DNA of 64,000 nt from Clostridia bacterium (lineage in GTDB: Bacteria > Bacillota > Clostridia > Christensenellales > CAG-138): NCBI GenBank assembly GCA_017524445.1, contig JAFXVP010000009.1:28702-92701 (forward strand). Reading direction: 5' to 3'. The notes beneath the pieces were generated by a model. It was not told the origin of the DNA, ran no database searches, and saw only the letters and a list, made by a program, of their open reading frames with translations. The first letter of the stretch is position 1. The number at the start of each line of letters is the position of its first letter. The position numbers and the translations under genes were made by a program. Shown here in pieces: positions 25,473-34,564 of this stretch.

Positions 25473-26861
25473 TTAGCTCTGCACCTGCCGTGTCGAGCCG
25501 ATCGCGGTAATGAACGCCGCGTTCTCGGGAATGACGAATTTCACCTTGTGCAGCTTTGCGATGCCGTCGAGCATTTCCTTTGCGATCGGCTGCGAATCGA
25601 GGATCGTGCCGCACACGAAGATCGTTCGGGTCAGGTGCGCCTTGGTGCAGAACGCGCCCATGACGCCGATGCACTGGAAGATCAGCGTATAGATGCCGCG
25701 CGCAAGCGACGCGTCGTCCGCCCTGCCCGCCTTACTGAGGTTTGCGACGGTCGTTTCAGGCGTGAGGTTGCCGATCTGTCCCGTGGTGACGTCCTTGATC
25801 AGAAGATCGCATTTTTGCGGATCGCCCGCGAGCGCAAGCGCCTGCAGCTCCTTGGGATCGAAATGCCCGAAGAGTTTTTCGGAAAGGCCCTGCAACATGC
25901 CGCCGCCGACGCCGCTGCCGCCGAGATGCCACGCGCCGAACGGCGTGACGCGCACAAACGCGGTGCCCGTGCCGACGCTGACCACGATCATATTGAATCG
26001 CTTGCCGACGACCGTCGCGCCGCGATAGAGCGAAGCGAACTCGTCGACCTTGACGACCTTGCGGTTCAGAAGCGTATCGGGCATTGCCGCCGCGCCGACG
26101 CCGGTCACGGTGATCGCTTCCGCGTCCTCGGGATTGAAGCGGATGATCGCCTCCTCGAGCGTTTCGTTCTCCTGCTTCAGCGTCGTTTTCAGCAGCTTCG
26201 TGCCGCGCATCAGAACGATCTTTGTGCCGGACGCGCCGATGTCGACGCCGACGACCTTCTTGCGCGGCTGCAGCGCAAAGTACACCGGCGGCGCTATGAT
26301 CGCCGTCGCGACCGCCTCAAGGATCGCGTTGATTCCCGCAAAGCCGATGAGAAGCGCAACCAGCGAGATATGTCCCGTTTCCGTTTCCTGCAAGCCCTTG
26401 ATGAAATCCGTATGTCCGAACAGCAGTCCCAAAAAGCCCAGGAAGAACACGGTGTTCGTGAGCGAGCCCGCGAGCGCGGACACGAAGACCGCGACCGTGC
26501 GGCTGTTGGTCGGCCGCTTCATGATGAGCCGGAACAGCAGCGCGGGCACGAGCCCGACGAGCACGCGCGGCACGATGCAGGTGATGAACGTCGAAACCGG
26601 CGAAATGCCGACGAGCGCCGCGCCGAACGCGTCGCCCAGAAAGCACTGCAGAAAGCTCGTCATGCCGAACACAAAGCCGAGCAGCATGCCGTAATACGGT
26701 CCGAGGATGATCGCGCCGATCACGACCGGGATGCCGATCGTCGTGATGGACAGCGCGGGTCCGATCTTGATATAGCCGAGCATCGGCGTAAAGGCAAGCA
26801 GGATGATCATGGCGATAAAGATCGCCGCGAGGATCATTTTGCGCAGATTTTCGCGTTTCAT
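25473..26861 (-). CDS. Fusion protein: ECF-transporter S component (N-terminal, about 6 TM) + type II pantothenate kinase (CoaW-like, C-terminal)
   Basis: N-terminal polytopic ECF-S-like half. C-terminal half aligns by eye to Staphylococcus CoaW (GVDIGASGTKIV, SVGTGTAF, GGSGVGGGMLQGL, ENAAFITAIGS). Confidence 0.8.
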   Translation of the reverse strand: MKRENLRKMILAAIFIAMIILLAFTPMLGYIKIGPALSITTIGIPVVIGAIILGPYYGMLLGFVFGMTSFLQCFLGDAFGAALVGISPVSTFITCIVPRVLVGLVPALLFRLIMKRPTNSRTVAVFVSALAGSLTNTVFFLGFLGLLFGHTDFIKGLQETETGHISLVALLIGFAGINAILEAVATAIIAPPVYFALQPRKKVVGVDIGASGTKIVLMRGTKLLKTTLKQENETLEEAIIRFNPEDAEAITVTGVGAAAMPDTLLNRKVVKVDEFASLYRGATVVGKRFNMIVVSVGTGTAFVRVTPFGAWHLGGSGVGGGMLQGLSEKLFGHFDPKELQALALAGDPQKCDLLIKDVTTGQIGNLTPETTVANLSKAGRADDASLARGIYTLIFQCIGVMGAFCTKAHLTRTIFVCGTILDSQPIAKEMLDGIAKLHKVKFVIPENAAFITAIGSTRQVQS

Positions 26862-27005
26862 TTGTTTCCCCCCCTAAAAGAGATAACCGTATTATAATCG
26901 TTTTCCCTGTCCGGCGCAACTGATTTTCAATAATATAAGAATCCCGCATAAATCTGAACGAAACGCGCAAGCTAACCGCAAAACGATCCGTTCGGAGGTT
27001 TTTCC

Positions 27006-27995
27006 ATGCAGCTATCCCGCAAACAAATGATCCTGATCGTAACGCTGAGTGGCGTTGCCGTGCTGCTTTTGATCGGGCTTTTGATCTTTCTCAGCTACTT
27101 CAACAAAAAGGAGCCGGTCCCCGCAGAGCCCTCGCTGCCGCCCGCGACCGCAACGCCCGCGCCGACGGATACGCCTTCCCCCTCCCCGTCTCCCACTTTA
27201 ACGCCGCAGCCTACGCCGTACTTCCTCCCCCTGGTACCGGAAGGCGCGGCGACGACGCCCTCCCCGGTCCCCGCGACGCCGTTCGTCTCTCCCTCCCCGG
27301 CGATCACGGGGACGCCGGAGGCAGCGGGCGTTCCCCCGCGGGACGGAGTCTATAACGATGAGATCAAAGAATTCATGGCGATCGGCACGCGAAACGGCGA
27401 AGCGATCGCCGTTTTGCTTGTGCGGGCAGAACCGCCGGAAGCGACCGTTGTCGCGATCCCGTGCGAAACGCAGGCGGCGGTCTATACGCTCGGTCAAGGC
27501 GCAACGATCGAGCGCGTCGATTCCGCGCCGATCGGAACGGCGACGGCGCGCGCCGAAAGCGCGCGCGAGGGCTGCTGGAACCTCATCTGGGCGGTGAAAA
27601 ACCTCACGGGCTACCGCGCGCCGGCGTACCTGTGCGTCGACTTCTCCTGCATGGAGGCGTTTTTTTCGTTTGCGCCGGACCTCACGGCGGACGGCGAACC
27701 GGTTGACCTCGATGTGTTTTCAAGGATGCTGAACGAGACGGACGAACAGCGCGCGGCGGACATGGCGCAGTTCGGCGTCGGCATCGTGCAATACCTCGAA
27801 AGCGCGTCGCTTTGGGAGCTGCCCGCGTTCCGAAAGGCGACGCGCGGCGCGTTTACCTCCAGCCTGTCCATCTATGAGCTTTTGCGGTTGATGAGCGATC
27901 TCAAAAAGGTGACCGGCTTCACGGTCGCCGTCCTGCCGACGGAAATCAAAAACGGCGTCCGTGTGCTTTCGGACGCCGCCGTGTTGCCGTTTTGA
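27006..27995 (+). CDS. Membrane-anchored hypothetical protein with long Pro/Thr/Ser linker
   Basis: TM segment ILIVTLSGVAVLLLIGLLIFL, linker PPATATPAPTDTPSPSPSPTLTPQPTP, globular C-terminal domain. No motif recognised with confidence. Confidence 0.55.
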   Translation: MQLSRKQMILIVTLSGVAVLLLIGLLIFLSYFNKKEPVPAEPSLPPATATPAPTDTPSPSPSPTLTPQPTPYFLPLVPEGAATTPSPVPATPFVSPSPAITGTPEAAGVPPRDGVYNDEIKEFMAIGTRNGEAIAVLLVRAEPPEATVVAIPCETQAAVYTLGQGATIERVDSAPIGTATARAESAREGCWNLIWAVKNLTGYRAPAYLCVDFSCMEAFFSFAPDLTADGEPVDLDVFSRMLNETDEQRAADMAQFGVGIVQYLESASLWELPAFRKATRGAFTSSLSIYELLRLMSDLKKVTGFTVAVLPTEIKNGVRVLSDAAVLPF

Positions 27996-28020
27996 GCGAA
28001 TCGCGGATAGGCGATTCAAC

Positions 28021-28082
28021 AAATGCAGAATGTAGAATGCAGAATGTAGAATGAATGAAGATTTTCCGCCGGAAAATCATCC
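28021..28082 (-). repeat. TGCATTC-heptamer / GATTTTCC-hairpin repeat element (minus orientation)
   Basis: The reverse complement GGATGATTTTCCGGCGGAAAATCTTCATTCATTCTACATTCTGCATTCTACATTCTGCATTT matches the units at 45184-45306. Confidence 0.8.
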
Positions 28083-28097
28083 TTTATGACGGTTTTT

Positions 28098-28380
28098 GTC
28101 AATTCGTGTCCGCAGGCATGGTACGCGGCAGACGACGCGTTGACAATCCCCCCGGCTCGCTTTGCGATCCACCCCCCTTTACACAAGGGAGGCAATGTCG
28201 CGCGATCTACCTCTGTAACGAAGTGGATTTATCTTCCCGCTCCGCTGTCATGTTTCCCGACGGGACGTCGAGGTCGACGTCCCCTACAATTCGTTGTGAA
28301 GAATCTTGAATTGTATTCTCCCGTATAACGCGCGCATGTTTGCAAATCAATTCGTAGGGGGCGGCCTCCCGGACGCCCCG
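28098..28380. repeat. Mosaic GC-hairpin repeat region
   Basis: CAATTCGTGTCCGCAGG module. The reverse complement of CTTCGTTACAGAGGTAGATCGCGCG lies at 28199-28223. Perfect 10-bp hairpin GGGACGTCGA-GG-TCGACGTCCC at 28262-28283; GGGGCG..CGCCCC hairpin near 28357-28378. Confidence 0.7.
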
Positions 28381-28725
28381 CTAAAGCACCGCAACAGCGA
28401 TCCCCACGACGCCGTATTGTCTCTGCCGTTCCTTTGAATAGTACGCAAGCATATCGTCCGGGCTTGCGGAAGGAAGCTCCGCTTCCGTATAGCCGCATTT
28501 TGTGAGCGGCAGCGCGCGGTACAGCGCATCAAACGACGGAAAGATGTGCAGCGCCGTCACGGTCACGCAAAGCGTTTCGCCCGTACCCGTTTCGGTAAAC
28601 GCGATCGTATCCCCGACTGCGATCCTTCGCCGCTTTTCGTCATACAGCCGCAGCTCGATCGTCTTTTCCCCGCTTTGGATCATCCGGAACGGCGCGGGAT
28701 TCAGCCGCATTTCGTGCGCCGCCAT
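28381..28725 (-). CDS. ASCH domain protein
   Basis: MRLNPAPFRMIQSGEKTIELRLYDEKRR is typical of an ASCH N-terminus. The ATG at 28725 overlaps the upstream stop (TGATG). Confidence 0.75.
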   Translation of the reverse strand: MAAHEMRLNPAPFRMIQSGEKTIELRLYDEKRRRIAVGDTIAFTETGTGETLCVTVTALHIFPSFDALYRALPLTKCGYTEAELPSASPDDMLAYYSKERQRQYGVVGIAVAVL

Positions 28726-29999
28726 CACGCGAGCCCCGGCTTCACCGGAATGCCCTTCTTGCGGCAGTCATGGAAGTAGAGCTCCTCGGTCGCGAGCGCC
28801 ATCTTGGTGACGGCGAAGTCGCAGTCGTGCGGGTAGATGTACCACGTGTCCTCAAGCGTGTTGAGGTCCACGCAGTCGCCGAACTTGCCGAGGTATTCGT
28901 ACTCGATGTGGCACGAATACAGCGACGGCACACTCTTTTCCATCGCGAACGGATCGCCGTCCGGGTCCGTGCCGGACACGTGAAAGCCCTCCATGTCGTG
29001 ACGCATCGTGCCCTCGCCGAGCAGGATGAATTTCTTCGCGTTCGGCAGCGAGCGCACCGTGACCGGCAGATCGCCGCTGTTGTACGTTCCCGCCTCGACT
29101 TCGCGCCGCACGTTCGCGCGCTCCCATTCGTACCAGTCCGGGATATGCGAAAACTCCGTTTCGCCGGTCTCGGCTTTCAAAGTCCCGTCTTCGTTGTAGA
29201 ACCAGCGCTTGCCGCACGCCTTGCAGAAGAGATGCGTCCCCTCGCTCGCCATTTGAAACTCCGTTTTGCACGCGGGGCATTGATAGAGGACCTTATGAAG
29301 CCCTTCCGCGCGCTTTTCATACGTCACGCGGATCCCCCGTTCCCGCTGCCAGGCGTATTCGTCGTACTGAAACGCCTTCACAAGCTTTTCGTTGATCTCG
29401 TCCGGCGTCGCCTTCTTCAGTTCCTCCGCCGTAAAGAGCAGCGTCATCTCCGCCTCCGTGGGCTTGACCCCGCGCTCATGCAGATTCCAGAACGGGGAAT
29501 TGATGTGGTGTCCGCGGCAGATGAACGTGACGACCGGCACGCCTAAAAGCTTACAGAGCTTGCCGAGCGACGCGGGCAGCACCGCGGTCGTGCCGCAAAG
29601 CGAATAGCGCGCTTCGGGATAGATCACGTTGATATCGCCGTTGTTGACCACACGCTTCAACTGCCGGATCAGCGTGATATCGTTTGTGAACTTGCGCTTG
29701 CAGATGCAGCCGACCTTGCGAAGAAGCCATTCGCGCCCGATAAATCCGTCGATCGCGACAACGTAGTTTGCGCGCGCGGGATAAATCGCTTTTGTCGCGA
29801 CCTTGAAATCCAGAAACGCGTTGTGGTTGCAAAGCAGAAGATACGGCGGCTTCAATCCCTCCACGCCGGTCTTTTTAATGATCGTGCCGTGCTTTTTGAC
29901 GTCCGGCGCGCTTAAAAGCCACGTCAAAGGACGCAGATACCATGCCGTGCGGCACGGCGGCTTTTTCATGTCGAACCGTTCGAATTTGCTCTGATCCAT
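28725..29999 (-). CDS. PlsC-family (lysophospholipid) acyltransferase-like protein with internal Cys4 zinc-ribbon
   Basis: HX4D-type motif CNHNAFLDF, IYPEARYS block, CPACK...CKACG zinc ribbon; 424 aa. Confidence 0.7.
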   Translation of the reverse strand: MDQSKFERFDMKKPPCRTAWYLRPLTWLLSAPDVKKHGTIIKKTGVEGLKPPYLLLCNHNAFLDFKVATKAIYPARANYVVAIDGFIGREWLLRKVGCICKRKFTNDITLIRQLKRVVNNGDINVIYPEARYSLCGTTAVLPASLGKLCKLLGVPVVTFICRGHHINSPFWNLHERGVKPTEAEMTLLFTAEELKKATPDEINEKLVKAFQYDEYAWQRERGIRVTYEKRAEGLHKVLYQCPACKTEFQMASEGTHLFCKACGKRWFYNEDGTLKAETGETEFSHIPDWYEWERANVRREVEAGTYNSGDLPVTVRSLPNAKKFILLGEGTMRHDMEGFHVSGTDPDGDPFAMEKSVPSLYSCHIEYEYLGKFGDCVDLNTLEDTWYIYPHDCDFAVTKMALATEELYFHDCRKKGIPVKPGLA

Positions 30000-30008
30000 A
30001 AGCCCTCC

Positions 30009-31283
30009 CTATTTCAACAGTCTGAGTCCTTTCGGATAATGATTTTTCAGCATGCCGTCCGACGCCTTGTAAAGTCCCAGCGCGTGCCCCATGTACGTCG
30101 CGGCGCCGTAGCCCTTTTCTGCGTCCTTCATAAGCGTTTCGCCTCTCAGATAGCGCATCGCCTCGTCGAACGATAGTTCGCATCTCTGATAAAACGGCGT
30201 GTCCCGCCCCGCCATACAAAGCGCGTGCGCGGGCTCGAAGCGGCTGCCCTTGACTTCGCCCAAGAGCAGTCCCGCACGCACGTTCTTCACGCCCTCGAAC
30301 GCAAACGGCATCGGCGGAAGCAGCAGCACGCGTCCGTCCTTCAAAAGCTTCATCTGTCCGTCCGGGAGCCGCACCGCGTCCGAAAACGCCTCGAACGCCG
30401 GGACCTTGTCGCTTTTTCCGATCGAAAATGCGGACGGAACGCGCGTGCCTTCGCGCACAAGCACCGCCAGAAACTGCCCCTCGCCCGCGCTTGTGTGCGG
30501 ATAGAACCGCTTCATTTGAACAAGCGAAAAGTCCGTGTGCCGGTCGAGAAAAGCCTTTACCGTTTCCTCGTTCTCCTGCGGGGAGAACGAGCAGGTCGAA
30601 TAGACGAGCGTGCCGCCGGATTTCACCGCCTTCTGCGCGTCGGAAAGGATCGCCCGCTGCCGCACGGCGCACGTTTCGACGTGCTCCAAAGACCAGTCGC
30701 GCACCGCCTGCCCGTCCTTTCGGAACATCGACTCGCCCGCGCACGGCGCGTCGACGAGCACGGCGTCGCAGCGGCCCTGCAGCCGTTCGCAAAGCGGCTT
30801 CGGCTCGGCGTTTGTCACGATCGCGTTCGTGATGCCCATGCGCTCTAGGTTTCCCGCAAGCACCTCCGCGCGCGACGGAACAATCTCGTTAGAAAACAGC
30901 ACGCCGCCCTGCGCTTTTGTCGCGAGCTGCGCGCTCTTGCCGCCCGGTGCGGCACAAAGATCAAGCACGACCGGCGCGTCCGGAAGCGCAAACGCCGCGA
31001 CAGGCGCCTGCGCCGTCGCCTCCTGCATATAGAAGAGCCCCGCGGCGTGCAGCGGCGTCGCGTTCGGGTTGAAGTCCAGGGGCAGCGCCGCGCCGTCCGG
31101 ATTCTCGTCGAGCGCGGGCAGCGGAAGGTTCAGAAGCGCGGAAAGCTCCTTGCGATCGGTCTTGATCGTATTGATGCGCAGCGCTTTTTTCGGCGGCTCG
31201 TCAAGCGCCGAACGGAACGCCGGAAACTCCGCGCCGAGCTGCGCCTGCATGCGGCTTAAAAACGTTTCGGGCCAGCTTTTCAT
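30009..31283 (-). CDS. rsmF: NOL1/NOP2/Sun-family rRNA cytosine-C5 methyltransferase (RsmF/YebU-like)
   Basis: VLDLCAAPGGKS, DAPCAGESMFRK and YSTCSFSPQENE motifs. Confidence 0.8.
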   Translation of the reverse strand: MKSWPETFLSRMQAQLGAEFPAFRSALDEPPKKALRINTIKTDRKELSALLNLPLPALDENPDGAALPLDFNPNATPLHAAGLFYMQEATAQAPVAAFALPDAPVVLDLCAAPGGKSAQLATKAQGGVLFSNEIVPSRAEVLAGNLERMGITNAIVTNAEPKPLCERLQGRCDAVLVDAPCAGESMFRKDGQAVRDWSLEHVETCAVRQRAILSDAQKAVKSGGTLVYSTCSFSPQENEETVKAFLDRHTDFSLVQMKRFYPHTSAGEGQFLAVLVREGTRVPSAFSIGKSDKVPAFEAFSDAVRLPDGQMKLLKDGRVLLLPPMPFAFEGVKNVRAGLLLGEVKGSRFEPAHALCMAGRDTPFYQRCELSFDEAMRYLRGETLMKDAEKGYGAATYMGHALGLYKASDGMLKNHYPKGLRLLK

Positions 31284-34200
31284 AACCGGACCGCCTCCTT
31301 TGCGCCGAGCAGCACGATATACCGTTCCTTCACCGGAAGCCCGGAAAGCTTCGTAAGCGCCTCCGCGTACAGCGCGACCTGCCGCGCGTGCTTCTTTGCG
31401 TATTCGTTCGGATCGCCGGTCACGCGGTCGGTCTTATAATCGAGCAGCACCCACGCGCCGTCCTCGACAAAGCACGCGTCGATCACGCCCTGCAGCAGGA
31501 TCGGCTCGTCGGAATCCGTGCTGTCCAGCAGCATCCGCGCGGGCATCGGGCAAAGGAAGCTCCATTCGCGCTCGACGCGCGCCGCCTTTGCCATGCGAAG
31601 GAACAGCGGCGACGCCGCAAAATCGCGGATCGCGTCCGCGTGGAACGGCGAAACGCCGGGGATCTCCTGTAAGAACGCCGCACGCTTCGCTTCGTCAAGC
31701 GGCATGCACTCGAGCGCGCGATGGACCGCGCTGCCCTCAGAAAGCACGTCGTAGCCGACGTCGAACGCGGGCTCCAGAAATGCAGGCGAATCGTCCTTCG
31801 AAAGCCCCGTGACCGAGGTCTTGTCCGGCAGCGTATCGACGATCGGGTGCGGATAGACCCAGCTAAACCGCGCTTCGACGTCCTTGCGCTCCTGCGCGGT
31901 CGGCGGTTCGATACCGCCGGTCGAGCGCAGCGTCCGGGTCGAATAAAACTCGCTCTTCTGATGCACGACGGGCGTGATATGCCCGTTCAGCGCCGGAAGC
32001 AAAAGCTTCAGCGGCGTGTTCGATTTGCGGATGGACAAAAGCGTCGGCGTCGGGATCACTTCGGTCAGACGTTCGGCGTTTTGCGCCGAACCCAACAGAT
32101 ACAGCTCCTGCTTGGCGCGGGTCATGCCCACGTACAGCACGCGAAGCTCCTCCGCCCGCGACGCGTCGGAGACTGCGCGGACAGCGTTGCTGTGCGTGAT
32201 CGTTTCGTGCTTCACGCCGAACTCGTCGGCGTATTTGAGTCCGGTGCCGGGCTCCGCATACGGCAGCAGCGCCTTCTTTTCGTCACTGGTATTGAACGCG
32301 CCGCCGAGCCCCGCGTAGAACACGACCGGAAACTCCAGCCCCTTCGAGGCGTGGACCGTCATGATGCGCACGACGTCCGCCGTCACCGTCGCCGCCGCGC
32401 CGAGCTTTTCGGTCGCCTTGACGTTCTCCATGAAGCGCAAAAACCCGTGCACGCCGCTCATGCCCGCCGCGTCGCAGTCCTCCGCCGCGCGGATGAGCGC
32501 AGAAAGGTTTGCAAGCCGCTGTTCGCCGCCCGCGAGCACGCCGACCATTTCGCGGTAATGCGTTTCGTCCAGGATACGCTCGATGAGTTCGCCGAGCGGA
32601 ATGCGGCGGGACAGCGCCTCATAACGCTCGAGCGCGTCGAAGAACGCCGCGACCTTCGGCTCGGTCTCCTTTGCGCGAAGCAGGCAATCCAAAAACGCGC
32701 CTTTTCGCATGCCGACGCGGACCGCGGAAAGCTCCGCATCGGAAAAGCCGAACAGCGGCGAGCGCAGTACGGCAAGCAGCGGAATATCCTGCCGACGGTT
32801 GTCGAGCACGGAAAGGAAGCTCATCAGAAGCTTGACCTCGATCGCGTCGAAGTATCCGCCCGACGCCTGCGCGTAACAGCTGATCCCCTGTTCGGACAGC
32901 GTCTGCGCCCACACGCGCGCGTGCTTTTTGTTCCGCAGCAGCACGGCGAAATCGCCGAACCGGCACGCGCGTTCCTCACCCTTTTCCGTGATCGGACGCT
33001 GCATACGTTCGTGGATGACGTTCGCCGCAAACCTTGCCTCGGCTTCGGCGTCCTCGAGCGTTTCCTCCTCGTCCGGATCGTTTGCCTTTTCAAACAGATG
33101 CAGCTCCGCCCTGCCGTCCGGCACGGTCGGATCGCCCTGCAAAAGCTTTGCCCGCGCGTCGTACTCGATCCCGGCGACCGGCTTTTTCATGATCGTTTCG
33201 AACGTCGCGTTGACCGCGTCGACGACCGCTTTGCCGGAGCGGAAATTGTGTCCGAGGTCGATGCGCGTGCCGCGCGCGCCGCGGAACGTATCGCATTTTT
33301 CGAGGAACAGCCCCGGCTCCGCCATGCGGAAGCGATAGATGGACTGCTTCACGTCGCCGACGAAGAACAGCCCGCCCGGCCGCGCGATGCGGTTCAGGAT
33401 CGTTTCCTGCACGCGGTTACTGTCCTGATATTCGTCGACGATGATCGTCGAAAACCTGTCGCGGTACTCCGCGGCGATCTCGTCATCCTTTAAGATCTCG
33501 ATCGTCATATGCTCGAGGTCGGAAAAGTCGATCGCGTTCTTTGCCCGCTTCGCCTCGGCAAACGCCGCAAAATACGCGCGCGTCAGCGCGTAAAACGCTT
33601 TGAGGATCGGCGCCGCCGCTTCTTCCTGTTCACGGATCGTCTCGACCGGCACGCCGTTTCGCTCCGCCTGCTCCTTGACAATCTTGCGGAAGGTCTGCTT
33701 TGCGTCCTGTACGCCCGCTTTGTCCGCGTCCGGCGTGCCGTTTGGGAACCGCAATGAATCCTTGAAATCGAGAATGCCGAGGAGAGACGCGGCGTAGTCC
33801 TCGCGCGTTTTTTGCGTCAGCGCGCCGCGCGCGCGGCTCAAAAGATCGTAGAGGATCGAAAGGATCTTGTCGTACGCGGGCGAAAGTCTGTCCGTTTCAC
33901 TCTGCAGCGCGTCGATCGCACGCATTAACTCCGTTTTGTCGCTTTCCAGCGCGCGTGATAGCTGCACGTTCAGCGCGTCGGGATCGCCGATCGCCGCTTC
34001 GTTCCGGTCGATCCATTCCATGGGGTCCGGCTGTGCGGAAAGATAGTTTTCGAAGCCCTCCATCGCCTCGAGGAGCGCGGGCTCGCTGCCGAACGCGACG
34101 ATCAGCGTGCGATACGCCTCCGCATGATCCGCGGCAAGCGCGTCGAGCACGGCGTTTCGCGTTTCGGCGCGCAGCACCGCCGTTTCGGTCTCGTCGAGCG

Positions 34201-34564
34201 TTTTGACCGACGGCGTGAGCCCCACGCGGAAGAAATGACGGAACACGACCTTCGCGCAGAACGCGTCGATCGTGGAGATGCTCGCGTTCGCGACTGCCGC
34301 CGCCTGCTCGCGGAGATACGCCGCCTGCCCGCCCGCCGCGCTCTTAGCCGCGTCGGACAGGCGCTTTGCGATACGGGTCTTCATTTCACCCGCCGCGGCG
34401 CGCGTAAAGGTCAGCACAAGCATATGCTCGATCCTGACGCCCTCGGTGACGAGCCGGTAGACGCGCTCGGTGAGTACGGTCGTCTTGCCCGCGCCCGCCG
34501 CCGCGGAAACGATCAGGTTGCCGCCTTTTTCGATCGCGGCGATCTGTGCCTCGGTAAAGCTCAT
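31280..34564 (-). CDS. addA: ATP-dependent helicase/nuclease AddA
   Basis: UvrD-type N-terminus SAAAGAGKTT, helicase motifs, C-terminal RecB nuclease GVIDACFVEDGAWVLLDYKTD. Overlaps the addB stop. Confidence 0.9.
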   Translation of the reverse strand: MSFTEAQIAAIEKGGNLIVSAAAGAGKTTVLTERVYRLVTEGVRIEHMLVLTFTRAAAGEMKTRIAKRLSDAAKSAAGGQAAYLREQAAAVANASISTIDAFCAKVVFRHFFRVGLTPSVKTLDETETAVLRAETRNAVLDALAADHAEAYRTLIVAFGSEPALLEAMEGFENYLSAQPDPMEWIDRNEAAIGDPDALNVQLSRALESDKTELMRAIDALQSETDRLSPAYDKILSILYDLLSRARGALTQKTREDYAASLLGILDFKDSLRFPNGTPDADKAGVQDAKQTFRKIVKEQAERNGVPVETIREQEEAAAPILKAFYALTRAYFAAFAEAKRAKNAIDFSDLEHMTIEILKDDEIAAEYRDRFSTIIVDEYQDSNRVQETILNRIARPGGLFFVGDVKQSIYRFRMAEPGLFLEKCDTFRGARGTRIDLGHNFRSGKAVVDAVNATFETIMKKPVAGIEYDARAKLLQGDPTVPDGRAELHLFEKANDPDEEETLEDAEAEARFAANVIHERMQRPITEKGEERACRFGDFAVLLRNKKHARVWAQTLSEQGISCYAQASGGYFDAIEVKLLMSFLSVLDNRRQDIPLLAVLRSPLFGFSDAELSAVRVGMRKGAFLDCLLRAKETEPKVAAFFDALERYEALSRRIPLGELIERILDETHYREMVGVLAGGEQRLANLSALIRAAEDCDAAGMSGVHGFLRFMENVKATEKLGAAATVTADVVRIMTVHASKGLEFPVVFYAGLGGAFNTSDEKKALLPYAEPGTGLKYADEFGVKHETITHSNAVRAVSDASRAEELRVLYVGMTRAKQELYLLGSAQNAERLTEVIPTPTLLSIRKSNTPLKLLLPALNGHITPVVHQKSEFYSTRTLRSTGGIEPPTAQERKDVEARFSWVYPHPIVDTLPDKTSVTGLSKDDSPAFLEPAFDVGYDVLSEGSAVHRALECMPLDEAKRAAFLQEIPGVSPFHADAIRDFAASPLFLRMAKAARVEREWSFLCPMPARMLLDSTDSDEPILLQGVIDACFVEDGAWVLLDYKTDRVTGDPNEYAKKHARQVALYAEALTKLSGLPVKERYIVLLGAKEAVRL

